A stretch of 35,823 bases of DNA from Deltaproteobacteria bacterium (GTDB taxonomy: Bacteria; Desulfobacterota; Dissulfuribacteria; Dissulfuribacterales; UBA3076). The position numbers and the translations under genes are program-made. The stretch spans positions 1 to 35,823 of the forward strand of contig JAGGRV010000409.1 of the NCBI GenBank assembly GCA_021159445.1, in the 5' to 3' direction. Under the pieces are notes generated by a model. It worked only from the letters and a program-made list of their open reading frames with translations. It made no database searches and had not been told where the DNA came from. Below, one piece after another: positions 14,389 to 22,375 of the stretch (the stretch's first letter is position 1; every line of letters begins with the position of its first letter).

Positions 14389-14492
14389 AGTCAGCCACCG
14401 ATAGAGTGTGTATGTAAGTTGTATAGAACTGTGTTAGTACCTTCTACACACAAACACATAGGAAATGTATAGACAGTGTCTGGGGGAGGGGC

Positions 14493-14789
14493 ATGACCAG
14501 GAAAGAGTATACAACAATATTGATTAGTAAAGAAGACCGTGACCTGCTCAAGAGGTACAGGGAGGCGGGTAGGTGGCGCGGGATCGCCGAAATGGTCGTC
14601 GACGTAATAAACCGGACAGGGTGCAAAGAAGACGAGCTACCTCAGTGGTACGGGCCCAGGTGCCCACACTGCGAAGGTCCATTATCGCAAAAGTTCGCCA
14701 GCGCAAGGCTCGTGTGTCTACGTTGCGGGAGGGAGTACGAGCTCAGGGAGGTTAAGCCCGTGCGATACAGTAAACAGGGCGGTGGCTAG
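14493..14789 (+). CDS. Ribbon-helix-helix plus C-terminal zinc-ribbon protein
   Basis: TTILISKEDRDLLKRYREAG...GIAEMVVDVI forms the RHH layout. CPHC ... CLRC forms the zinc ribbon. Confidence 0.6.
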   Translation: MTRKEYTTILISKEDRDLLKRYREAGRWRGIAEMVVDVINRTGCKEDELPQWYGPRCPHCEGPLSQKFASARLVCLRCGREYELREVKPVRYSKQGGG

Positions 14790-14792
14790 CAC

Positions 14793-15110
14793 ATGGTTTA
14801 CTGCCCCCTGTGCGGGAAGAAACTCGAGGGTTTGGCCTGGAGACTGCGCGTGTGTAAAGCCTGTAAAGTGATCTATACCGTCCTCGAGGACTCGGAGTAT
14901 GGCGACCTCTACTGCGTCGCGAAAGTCGCCGACCTCGAGAAACTAGAGCTCGAAGACATCATCGACGCGCTCAAGAAACTCGCGGACGAGGTCAAGGCAG
15001 ACGACGCCTGGAGCCAACTCGCTAAGGCTCTCGGGCAGTGGCTTGAGAGGTACCTGCTTAGCCTGAGCGGAGGCGGAGACAGTAAACAAGAGGGAACAGA
15101 GACGCGTTAA
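14793..15110 (+). CDS. Zinc-ribbon protein
   Basis: CPLCGKKL...CKACK at the N-terminus, with an acidic helical tail. Confidence 0.55.
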   Translation: MVYCPLCGKKLEGLAWRLRVCKACKVIYTVLEDSEYGDLYCVAKVADLEKLELEDIIDALKKLADEVKADDAWSQLAKALGQWLERYLLSLSGGGDSKQEGTETR

Positions 15111-15140
15111 ATATTCATTATTTTATTGTTTAGTTTAGTC

Positions 15141-15201
15141 GGCGGGGGTGTTGGCCGCGGATGCCCCCCCGCAAGGGGGCGTAGAAGCGGCCGAACCCGC
15201 C
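15141..15201 (+). other. GC-rich three-tier hairpin (three 6-bp G:C helices)
   Basis: GGCGGG-ggtgtt-GGCCGC-ggat-GCCCCC-ccgcaa-GGGGGC-gtagaa-GCGGCC-gaa-CCCGCC. It lies 30 nt after the stop of 14793..15110 and just upstream of a TATA-rich segment. Confidence 0.6.
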
Positions 15202-15210
15202 AGACACCTG

Positions 15211-15245
15211 TGTATAAACCTTATATTTCTGATATATATACAGTT
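15211..15245 (+). promoter_or_regulatory. TATA-rich segment (TGTATAAACCTTATATTTCTGATATATATAC)
   Basis: This is the only AT-rich patch in the otherwise GC-rich 15141..15399 non-coding region. It is followed by about 150 nt of GC-rich sequence before the ATG at 15400. Confidence 0.45.
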
Positions 15246-15399
15246 TCGGCGGGGCCCCGATGAGCAGGTGACACTCCGCCTAGCTGTGACAGGCCTGGTT
15301 CCGTGGGGTTCCGCTTGGGGTGCTAGGCCCCCGAGCCCTGCCGAGTTCCCTCTCCGCACCCGCGAGGGGCCCACCAACACCTATCGCGAGGGACAGGAC

Positions 15400-15735
15400 A
15401 TGTACCTGTTCGTCCTGGACAAAGACTGCGTCTGGCTGAAGAAGAAGCTCGAGGTTAGGCTCAGGTTCCTCCCTGCTAAAGTCATCGAGGCACGGTACAA
15501 GCCCGACTGGCTCATACACAAGTGGCTCAACTCCGTGGCGGACAGGTACGAGAAAGTGTTCCTCGTCACCGCCGACGAAGACTTCGAGGTCCTCTACCAA
15601 GACAAAAGGTACGTCGTGATCTCGATCAGGCCAGTAAAGAACAGGGTCTCGCAGAGGGGCAAGCCCATACGCAGGTACGGCGAAGAAGCGATAACACTGA
15701 TCCTGAAGCGTCTGCACGAGGTGCTTGAGAAATAG
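15400..15735 (+). CDS. PIN-like / Mut7-C-like nuclease-domain protein (tentative)
   Basis: The real start is probably MYLFVLDKDCVWLKKKL at 15400. LFVLDKD near the N-terminus and VFLVTADEDFEVL resemble PIN/Mut7-C acidic motifs. The upstream 84 codons of ORF 15148..15735 look non-coding. Confidence 0.45.
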   Translation: MYLFVLDKDCVWLKKKLEVRLRFLPAKVIEARYKPDWLIHKWLNSVADRYEKVFLVTADEDFEVLYQDKRYVVISIRPVKNRVSQRGKPIRRYGEEAITLILKRLHEVLEK

Positions 15736-15745
15736 GTTTTGTTTT

Positions 15746-16297
15746 TTAGGGTAGGTTCTTTACGAGTTCGTTCGCTATCTGTAACAGCCTCCTAAGCAGT
15801 GGATACGTTATGTCGAGCGGTGCGGCCTTGAGGAAGGTTCTCGCTTTCTGGACAACGGCTTTATGGACCTCGGGGTAGATCGTTTTCGGGACTAGGATGA
15901 CTGCGTGTACTTCGTGTACGTCTGTGTGTTTTCGTTTTCTGTAGACGCCGTACCTGTACTTCACGAGTTTGTCGACCCATTCCTCGATGTAGCGTGTTGT
16001 CTCGCCAGTCTTTATCTCGACTGCTAGTAGCTCGTACCTTTTCGGTTTCCACGCGAGGTTCTCGTACTTTATGAGTAGGTCGACGGAGAAACGCCGCCCC
16101 TCGTAAACGACCTCCTCCTCTTCCTTGACGTACACGACGTCGCCGACTGTGTCGAGGATGCGCCAGTGCCTGCCTTCGCGTCTTGCGAAGTGTTTCAGGA
16201 GCAGTAGGAAGTCGCGCGGGAAGTGCTTTATCGAGAGCTTGATGAGGTCGTGAAGGATTGTCTTGGGTAAAAAAGGTGGTGTTTGGGAGGCCATCAC
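15746..16297 (-). CDS. PD-(D/E)xK nuclease-fold protein (tentative)
   Basis: RFSVDLLIKYEN ... YELLAVEIKTGE gives a D...E-x-K arrangement. Confidence 0.5.
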   Translation of the reverse strand: MMASQTPPFLPKTILHDLIKLSIKHFPRDFLLLLKHFARREGRHWRILDTVGDVVYVKEEEEVVYEGRRFSVDLLIKYENLAWKPKRYELLAVEIKTGETTRYIEEWVDKLVKYRYGVYRKRKHTDVHEVHAVILVPKTIYPEVHKAVVQKARTFLKAAPLDITYPLLRRLLQIANELVKNLP

Positions 16298-16608
16298 TTC
16301 TCGACCTCGTCCCTGAGGTCCCTAACCTCGTCCTTTACCTCGTTCAGTTCCTCCCTGAGCTCCTTGACCTCTGTGCTCAGCTTCGCGAGCTGTTTCCTCA
16401 GCTCCGCGATCTCTGTCAGCACCTTCTGCATTTTCTCCATCAGTGCCTCGATCGGTGCCAGGCAGCCCTCCTTGAAGTCTGCGATGGTCTTTTCGTAGGC
16501 GTCGAAGTAGCTCTGGACGTCGCTCTCGAGCTTCTTGACGCGCCTGTCAAGCTCTACGATCTTCTTAATGACTGTGTTCTCGATGAAGTCGAGTAGTTCG
16601 GATGCCAT
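16294..16608 (-). CDS. Coiled-coil protein
   Basis: ORF 16294..16638. The likely start is MASELLDF at 16608, sharing its A with the upstream stop (TGATG). The C-terminus has heptad repeats. Confidence 0.55.
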   Translation of the reverse strand: MASELLDFIENTVIKKIVELDRRVKKLESDVQSYFDAYEKTIADFKEGCLAPIEALMEKMQKVLTEIAELRKQLAKLSTEVKELREELNEVKDEVRDLRDEVEK

Positions 16609-17420
16609 CACTCCATCCCCTCCAGCATTCTCTTCCACTTCTCGATGCGCGCCCTAATCTCTTCGAGCTCTTTCACCGCCTCTTTTTCCTCTTTTTCAGC
16701 TTCTCCACCGCTCTCTTCTTCGGCCGCTTCCTCGGGCTTCTCCGCCTCTTTAACCTCTTTCTCTGGCTCCGCCGCCTCCTTTATTTCCTCCTTGGTTTCT
16801 GCCTCGCTTTCTTGCTCTGCCTCCCTCTTTTCCTCGGCTTTCTCACCTATTGCGCTCAGGATCTCGGCGACTTCCTCGTCTATTGCTTCCTCTTTCGGCT
16901 CCTCCTCCTCGATCTCGACCATGGGTATCACCGCGAACGGCCGGCCGTCGCTGCCCTTTATCACGACGATGTCGACGATCTGTCCCGCGAACCTCATCCT
17001 CAGCAGCGAACTCCTGTAGCCCCTTGGCAGGAACATCCTTATCGGTGGAGAGTTGTCGATGCTCTGTATCATTCCGTTCTCGAGAACCATGTACCTCTTT
17101 GCAAGCTGCTTGAGGTGTTCCTTGACGTCTTCGTCCACGATCTCTATCCCTGTTATGACGTAGTCTTCGGACATGGTCACGCGCACGCGCGGGACCTTGT
17201 TCTTTCTGACAAGCTCTACGACGCGCATTATTTCGGGCACTGTGAACGCCGAGACAACTTCTGTCCCTACGACTTTCCTCTCCTGACTGAAGTACTTGAT
17301 CGTGTACCTGTTCGCTATTGTCGCGACGTAGTCCAGTATAATCCAGTGCTCGACTATCTGCGCACCCCTCCTTTCCTCACGCTCTATATACTCCTTTAAT
17401 CCCTCGACGAATTCACTCAT
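16608..17420 (-). CDS. Hypothetical protein with a long acidic low-complexity C-terminal tail
   Basis: ORF 16608..17441. The likely start is MSEFVEGL. The tail is rich in E/K/A (EEPKEEAIDEE...AEKEEKEAVKELEE). Confidence 0.55.
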   Translation of the reverse strand: MSEFVEGLKEYIEREERRGAQIVEHWIILDYVATIANRYTIKYFSQERKVVGTEVVSAFTVPEIMRVVELVRKNKVPRVRVTMSEDYVITGIEIVDEDVKEHLKQLAKRYMVLENGMIQSIDNSPPIRMFLPRGYRSSLLRMRFAGQIVDIVVIKGSDGRPFAVIPMVEIEEEEPKEEAIDEEVAEILSAIGEKAEEKREAEQESEAETKEEIKEAAEPEKEVKEAEKPEEAAEEESGGEAEKEEKEAVKELEEIRARIEKWKRMLEGME

Positions 17421-17652
17421 TCTCTTCCTCACCTCCAACAACCTTCTTGTCTAGCCCAAGCTTCTTTAGCCTGGGGAGAACAACGTGCTCGTAGTAGTAC
17501 CTTACCGCCTCGTCGACGACGTCGGATTTCTTCACGCTCTTCACCTCGCCGTACTCGAGGAAGTTAGCTGCCTCAATCAGCCGCACCATCTCGTCAATAA
17601 GGCGCTTCGTCTCTTTCCTCACTACAATATATGTGTAGGGCTTCTCGGGCAT
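17413..17652 (-). CDS. Ribbon-helix-helix-like protein
   Basis: The likely start is MPEKPYTYIVVRKETKRLIDEMVRLIE, preceded by GGAGGTGGTGGG. The second helix is SDVVDEAVRYYYEH. Confidence 0.5.
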   Translation of the reverse strand: MPEKPYTYIVVRKETKRLIDEMVRLIEAANFLEYGEVKSVKKSDVVDEAVRYYYEHVVLPRLKKLGLDKKVVGGEEENE

Positions 17653-17760
17653 TCCCACCACCTCCGCACAATACCAAAACTGCATTAACTAATAAACTTT
17701 TTGTATGGTACACACGTAACAAACCGCTTCACAGCGTTTGGTATGTTTGGTAAGTACCGA

Positions 17761-17814
17761 AGCGGGCCGTTTAGTGGCGGTCTAAATTAATTTTAAATTA
17801 ATTTGTTCCGCCAC
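17761..17814. repeat. Copy 1 of a 54-bp direct repeat: GC clamp GTGGCGG/CCGCCAC enclosing a 27-nt AT-only core
   Basis: AGCGGGCCGTTTAGTGGCGGTCTAAATTAATTTTAAATTAATTTGTTCCGCCAC. The core holds two copies of the palindrome AAATTAATTT. Confidence 0.85.
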
Positions 17815-17904
17815 GCTAAGCAGGGCTACGGTACACACCAAATACACAACATGTTTGATATTGCTTGCGCGCACCAAAAATATTGTTGCTTTGGTATGTA
17901 CTGT

Positions 17905-17958
17905 AGCGGGCCGTAGGGTGGCGGTCTAAATTAATTTTAAATTAATTTGTTCCGCCAC
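17905..17958. repeat. Copy 2 of the 54-bp direct repeat, offset exactly 144 bp
   Basis: AGCGGGCCGTAGGGTGGCGGTCTAAATTAATTTTAAATTAATTTGTTCCGCCAC. It differs from copy 1 at 3 positions. Both copies are preceded by TTTGGTATGT. Confidence 0.85.
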
Positions 17959-17977
17959 TGAACGGCCGACTTTGGTA

Positions 17978-18006
17978 CGCACCAAAAACACTAAATTTTT
18001 GGTGCG
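17978..18006 (-). terminator. 11-bp-stem hairpin spanning the helicase stop codon (CGCACCAAAAA / TTTTTGGTGCG)
   Basis: Stem 17978-17988 and 17996-18006, loop CACTAAA. The stem includes a U5 tract in the minus-strand RNA. Confidence 0.4.
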
Positions 18007-19370
18007 AGGGCCCTCGGCAAAACGCGCCTGAACGCTGCCACGGCGTTCTGCAGTCCACGAACCTGTTCTATCTCGCAGTACTTCTCTATGTAGCTCCTGA
18101 AGAACTTGTGCGTCGCCTCGTACGCGCGTGCATCAAGCATTACGATAATGTGAGGCTTGCTGTGTACGCGAATGAACCTGAAGTAGGCCTGCACGTTCTG
18201 CGCCTGGCAAAGCAACTTGTTGAAGTCGGTGATGGGTGTCGAGAAAACTGTTGAGGCAGCGTCCTCGATGGCGGGGTGGAGCATCCTGAGCGGGTCGTGG
18301 TGTTGGAAGTCGCAGATCACGACGTCGCGGTCGAGCGAGAGTCCGCGGAACAGTTTGTTTCCAGGTACAATAATGACTACGTTGTGGTCGCGGGCCTTTC
18401 TGTAGTCGCCTCCCCAGTACGCGTCGATGCCTCTGCCGAGCAGGTAGTACCCGATTTTGTCGGCGAACTCGTTCTTTCGTGTCACTATACCGACTGTAAG
18501 CCCGTGCAGAACCGATTCCTCTGCAATGTCACCTATTGCCTGAAGATACTGCCTAAACCACTCACCCATCCTGTCCTCAACAAGCCTCTCGATGTTATAG
18601 ATGATGAATTGTTTCGCAACGTTACGCGTCCTCACCTCGTAGTACCTAGGTATGTACCTGAACTGTAGGAGCGACTCGAAAGGCTTCTTCCATGTCGCGC
18701 TCAGGAACACAATGAGCGGCGCTTTAAGCACCGAAATCCTGAACCAGTACCGCCTCGTCGACGGGTCGTAGTACCACTTCTTAACTATGTGTTTAGCTAT
18801 TTCCTTATCTATCTCGTCACCTTCCTCCAACATCTTGTTTACCGTCTCTTCGTCTATGCTAAAGTTGCTTAGGCTATTGATAAGTTCCTCCGCCTCGTCA
18901 ACAATGATCACGTCTGGCCTAGTAACTGCGTTAACGAGCGGGAGAAGAAGGTGTGTCGTAACGATTACGCCTCCGCGCAAGGAAAAAGCAATGAGTTCCC
19001 TGATCTGCTTAACGAACGGGCACTCGCTGCATGTGCCAGCCCTCTTAAACTCGAGGCATTTCCGCACGTACCTAAGCCAGTCCTCGGTGTCGACACCCTT
19101 GAGTGGGCAATTCTCGAGTTCATCTTTTGCAACGAACTCGAAGGCCCTCATGCCGCGGTTCATGATTTCTATATATGCCCACTTCCGGAGCTGGCGCCTC
19201 GGTTCGCAAAAGATCACTACACTATTAAATTTATGTAATAAGGAAATTATTGAGCGTGTTTTGCCAGAGCCAGGCAGCCCCTGCACTATAGCTACAAGCT
19301 TAGTCCTCTTTCTCTCATGCAAAGTCTTAGCTATGTGTTCGAGCTTCGGCAACTCACTTACGCTTGGCAT
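17991..19370 (-). CDS. SF2 helicase, XPD/Rad3/DinG-like, with a putative 4-Cys Fe-S insertion
   Basis: Walker A GLPGSGKT and Walker B VIIVDEAEE. Four Cys lie between them (ENCPLKG ... RKCLEF ... GTCSECPF), as in the XPD Fe-S domain. The later FRGLSLDRDVVICDF resembles motif V. Confidence 0.65.
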   Translation of the reverse strand: MPSVSELPKLEHIAKTLHERKRTKLVAIVQGLPGSGKTRSIISLLHKFNSVVIFCEPRRQLRKWAYIEIMNRGMRAFEFVAKDELENCPLKGVDTEDWLRYVRKCLEFKRAGTCSECPFVKQIRELIAFSLRGGVIVTTHLLLPLVNAVTRPDVIIVDEAEELINSLSNFSIDEETVNKMLEEGDEIDKEIAKHIVKKWYYDPSTRRYWFRISVLKAPLIVFLSATWKKPFESLLQFRYIPRYYEVRTRNVAKQFIIYNIERLVEDRMGEWFRQYLQAIGDIAEESVLHGLTVGIVTRKNEFADKIGYYLLGRGIDAYWGGDYRKARDHNVVIIVPGNKLFRGLSLDRDVVICDFQHHDPLRMLHPAIEDAASTVFSTPITDFNKLLCQAQNVQAYFRFIRVHSKPHIIVMLDARAYEATHKFFRSYIEKYCEIEQVRGLQNAVAAFRRVLPRALAPKI

Positions 19371-20502
19371 TTAACCACCTCCAGAACCTCATAACCTCCA
19401 GCTTCACCTTCCCGAAGCGCGAAAGCAGAAGCGTCACGAAGTTGTGGTCGCAGTCGAGCCTCGTACAGAGTCCGACGCGCTTCAGCACGCACGCGCCCCT
19501 GTGGTCAAGGCCCCAGTAACAGTAGCGCCAGCCCTGCGTCACGGCGGGCCTCGTGTTCGCAGGGTCCTCACCCTGGACGTCCCAGAGAAACTCCGCGAAC
19601 TCCTCCACGTGCCTCGAGTCAGCGTTGATCATCCTGAGCGCCGCACCGAGGTTGTATTCGACTATGCCCCATGTCGACCGGCAGTGCTTCACGTCGCTAC
19701 TCGTCCTGTAGTCCCTGTACGGTACTATCCATTTCTTCTCCTTAAGTAGAGACTTCAGAACCCTGTAATAACCTTCGCAACCGAGCCTCTTAGCGATGTA
19801 CATCAGGCACGCGACAGCCTCGACCCAGGACCTCCACGAAACGCCGCCGACAGTAGCGATTTCTCCTTTCGGCGCAAGCGACCCGTTTACTGTGTGCCTT
19901 TCCTCAGCCGCGGCGTAGAGGACCTCGATCCCGAACGACCTAAACACCCACTCGACCTCCCTCAACGTAGCGAGACCCTCGAAAGGCCACGGCGCGTCAG
20001 GGTGCTTCCTGTACCTAAACACCTTACCCTCTGCACGTAATGCGCTGGGCGCCGCTATGACGTACCCGAACGTCTTAACGTCGTATGGGTACCTGAAACG
20101 TAGCCTGGCACCGAGCTCGTCAGAACCCGCCTTCAACACCACGTGGACACCACCGCTCGCGGTGAACTCCACGTAGGCGCCTTCGCGTGCGAGCAGGTTC
20201 CACAGGCTCTCGAAACGCTTCACAGGCACCTTCTCGGCGTCGAAGTCGAAGATCACGAGGTAGTTAGGGCCTCCAGGCAGTCCGTAGGCAAAGGCCCTGC
20301 CGCTACGTATGTTCTCGACGGCCCTCTCAGTCACAGACCTCCAAACAGCAAGGTTCGTCTCGGTAGGCTCGTACCTTATGCCCTTGGGGAGTATAGGCGC
20401 CTTCGCCTCGTCCAGGGTCTTTCCCCTGCCTCTGACGCTAAGTATATAAAAACCGCCCTCAAACAGTTTCTCGACTACCCAACGCAGGCTTACCTGACCC
20501 AT
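19354..20502 (-). CDS. Bifunctional primase-polymerase (PrimPol, archaeo-eukaryotic primase superfamily)
   Basis: AEP motif I is LVIFDFDAEK (DxD), motif II is TASGGVHVVL (sGGxH) and motif III is YDVKTFGYVIAAPS. The likely start is MGQVSL at 20502, after GGGAGG. The 3' end overlaps the helicase start by 17 nt. Confidence 0.8.
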   Translation of the reverse strand: MGQVSLRWVVEKLFEGGFYILSVRGRGKTLDEAKAPILPKGIRYEPTETNLAVWRSVTERAVENIRSGRAFAYGLPGGPNYLVIFDFDAEKVPVKRFESLWNLLAREGAYVEFTASGGVHVVLKAGSDELGARLRFRYPYDVKTFGYVIAAPSALRAEGKVFRYRKHPDAPWPFEGLATLREVEWVFRSFGIEVLYAAAEERHTVNGSLAPKGEIATVGGVSWRSWVEAVACLMYIAKRLGCEGYYRVLKSLLKEKKWIVPYRDYRTSSDVKHCRSTWGIVEYNLGAALRMINADSRHVEEFAEFLWDVQGEDPANTRPAVTQGWRYCYWGLDHRGACVLKRVGLCTRLDCDHNFVTLLLSRFGKVKLEVMRFWRWLNAKRK

Positions 20503-20561
20503 CCTCCCAACCCCCCGCACCCACTTCCTAAGCCAAGACAATACACAATAAACAAAATAAA

Positions 20562-20768
20562 ATGTTTAAGCGCAGACACTATATGAAATGGCACTACGCC
20601 TTCATAGTAGGGTTCCTAGTGGCTAGGGTCCTTGAGAATGAGCTTAGGGACTACCTAAACGGCTTGTTTTCTGTCTTGAACTGGGAGGCGTGTTCCGACC
20701 CCGACGAGGTTCTTCTCTCCTTCTTTCTTTCGGTTCTAGAGGACTGGGCGGGGGTGGATGTGTCGTGA
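20562..20768 (+). CDS. Hypothetical small protein with a hydrophobic N-terminal segment
   Basis: ORF of 68 aa (HYAFIVGFLVARVL). First gene of the long plus-strand block. Confidence 0.45.
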   Translation: MFKRRHYMKWHYAFIVGFLVARVLENELRDYLNGLFSVLNWEACSDPDEVLLSFFLSVLEDWAGVDVS

Positions 20769-21124
20769 GCGTGTATGAGAGGGAGGTTCGGGCCGTTGCG
20801 GAGGCCCTTAGGGAGTGGCTTGGTGACAGTAAAAAGGCGTTGGCGGTGGCTTTAGCGGTTGTGCTTGGGCACGAGTTCGGCGAGGGAGACGCGTACGCTG
20901 GGTTCGTCCTTAGGCGCGTGCCCCAAATCGTCTGGGCCGCGATTAAGATAGTGAAGGAGGCTGGTGTCGACGTCGGCGACATAGAGAAGTTCGCGAACAG
21001 GATAGGGTACGTCACCGCAGGATACGCAGCCGTACGACTGTCGAAGAGGATACTCGAAGCCGAGAACGTGCCTAAGAGCGTAAGGGACAGGGTAAGGGAA
21101 ATCCTCCTAGCCCGCAAATTCTAA
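20765..21124 (+). CDS. Hypothetical helical protein
   Basis: C-terminal part of ORF 20690..21124. The likely GTG start at 20765 overlaps the upstream stop (GTGA) and gives VSVYEREVRAVAEALREWLG. Confidence 0.5.
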   Translation: MSVYEREVRAVAEALREWLGDSKKALAVALAVVLGHEFGEGDAYAGFVLRRVPQIVWAAIKIVKEAGVDVGDIEKFANRIGYVTAGYAAVRLSKRILEAENVPKSVRDRVREILLARKF

Positions 21125-21174
21125 CCTTCGGAAACAAACACATATATTTTCAATAATATTGAGTATATATTGAG

Positions 21175-21426
21175 GTGGTGCATGTGGCCCTGGTCGACTA
21201 TATCGAGAGGCAGGTAAGGAAAGAGAGGGCGGAACTGCTCGCAGGGCGGCTAGTCGCTGAGCTTAGGAGAATAGCGCAGACGGTGAACGCCGAGCTCAAG
21301 AACATGAGCGAGGACGAGCGTAGCGAGTTCCTAGCTTCTCTCGCGGAGAAACTAGGTGGAGACACAGAAGCTGACAAGATAATCAAGAAGCTGTTCGAAG
21401 TCCTCGACTACGTGCTTAGGAGGTGA
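21175..21426 (+). CDS. Hypothetical helical protein
   Basis: ORF of 83 aa. It lies downstream of AAACACATATATTTTCAATAATATTGAGTATATATTGAGGTGGTG (TATA plus an SD-like element). A GTG start at 21175, 21178 or 21184 cannot be resolved. Confidence 0.55.
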   Translation: MVHVALVDYIERQVRKERAELLAGRLVAELRRIAQTVNAELKNMSEDERSEFLASLAEKLGGDTEADKIIKKLFEVLDYVLRR

Positions 21427-21432
21427 GTCGGT

Positions 21433-21927
21433 GTGGTCAAGTACCTTCTCCTTGGTGTCTCTGCTTTGTCAGGCGTCGTCGGCGTCGAGTTCAAGGGCAC
21501 GATAAAGAAGTCGCTGTTCGAGGACGTCGTTGACGCTCTTAGGGAGGGTAGGGACATCACGAAGGAAGTTTCAAGAATCTACAAGGAGGTTAACGTAACA
21601 CTGCACGAGCTGGTGCCAATGGGTTCGACGGTTGCACGTGCACTGAAGGATGACAAAGTCGTAGCGTATGCTGTCATTAGCAAGGCTGTTTCGGTGCATA
21701 TCGTCATAGCGTCAATCTACAGTGAAAAGAGGACGGTTGTGGTTATTACGCCAGGGGCACCGAACGATGCCTACGTCCTAAAGGCGTTAGAAACTGTCAT
21801 GCACCGCCTGGTACCAGGGAGCACTGTCGAGGTCTTTGTCGCTGGCTGGCGCAGATACGCAAAGCTGGACGAAGTGATCGTTGAGATACCGAAGAAGGGT
21901 AACGAGACAGTAAACATGTTCCTGTAG
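21433..21927 (+). CDS. Hypothetical protein with an N-terminal hydrophobic (signal/TM-like) segment
   Basis: MVKYLLLGVSALSGVVGV. GTG start after AGGAGGTGA. The C-terminus carries the ETVN 12-mer. Confidence 0.55.
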   Translation: MVKYLLLGVSALSGVVGVEFKGTIKKSLFEDVVDALREGRDITKEVSRIYKEVNVTLHELVPMGSTVARALKDDKVVAYAVISKAVSVHIVIASIYSEKRTVVVITPGAPNDAYVLKALETVMHRLVPGSTVEVFVAGWRRYAKLDEVIVEIPKKGNETVNMFL

Positions 21928-21933
21928 GGGAGG

Positions 21934-22335
21934 TTGGGGAACGTGGCCGATTACGTCCGCGAGTTCAAGATAGAGAGAATTCATAACGATATTCTGGAGG
22001 TGTTAGACCACGGTACAAGGATAAACCTTGATATCAACGGCGAGCCGTTCTGGCTGCGTTTCAGCATATACCCCGACGCCGATGGCAACAGGTACCTTAT
22101 CGTTGTGTGCAGCGACCCGCACGTGCATGAGTTTAGCGCAAGGATGGTGAGGCTTCCCGACGACCTCGCAAAGGCTGTGACAGAGTGCGAGTGGTTGGAC
22201 AGCAACGCGCTGAGGGAGCTCTGGGAGCGGTTAATGGCAAGGGCCTACGGTGATCCGCCAGGTTACTTCGACGACTTCGTCGACGAGATACTGAAGTGGC
22301 TAAGGGACACGTGCATAAAGAAACAGAGGCAGTAA
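21934..22335 (+). CDS. Hypothetical protein
   Basis: ORF of 133 aa. Start uncertain (TTG at 21934 or GTG at 21943). The stop codon TAA is supplied by the motif variant GAGGCAGTAAAC at 22326. Confidence 0.55.
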   Translation: MGNVADYVREFKIERIHNDILEVLDHGTRINLDINGEPFWLRFSIYPDADGNRYLIVVCSDPHVHEFSARMVRLPDDLAKAVTECEWLDSNALRELWERLMARAYGDPPGYFDDFVDEILKWLRDTCIKKQRQ

Positions 22336-22375
22336 ACACACCTTTCTTTCGCCTTTTTCTTCCCCGTTTCCTGAG

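Noticed and set aside
15141-15201. tRNA or tRNA-like gene in the GC-rich hairpin.
   Set aside because: It is only 61 nt and folds as a single three-tier hairpin. It has no D, anticodon or T arms and no GTTCRAATC-type T-loop. I saw no tRNA-like cloverleaf elsewhere in the window either.
15148-15399. N-terminal 84 codons of ORF 15148..15735, and the antisense ORF 15135..15380.
   Set aside because: The translation is P/A/G/R-rich and spans the hairpin, the TATA island and the GC-rich leader. The downstream part starting at MYLFVLDKD (15400) looks like a normal protein.
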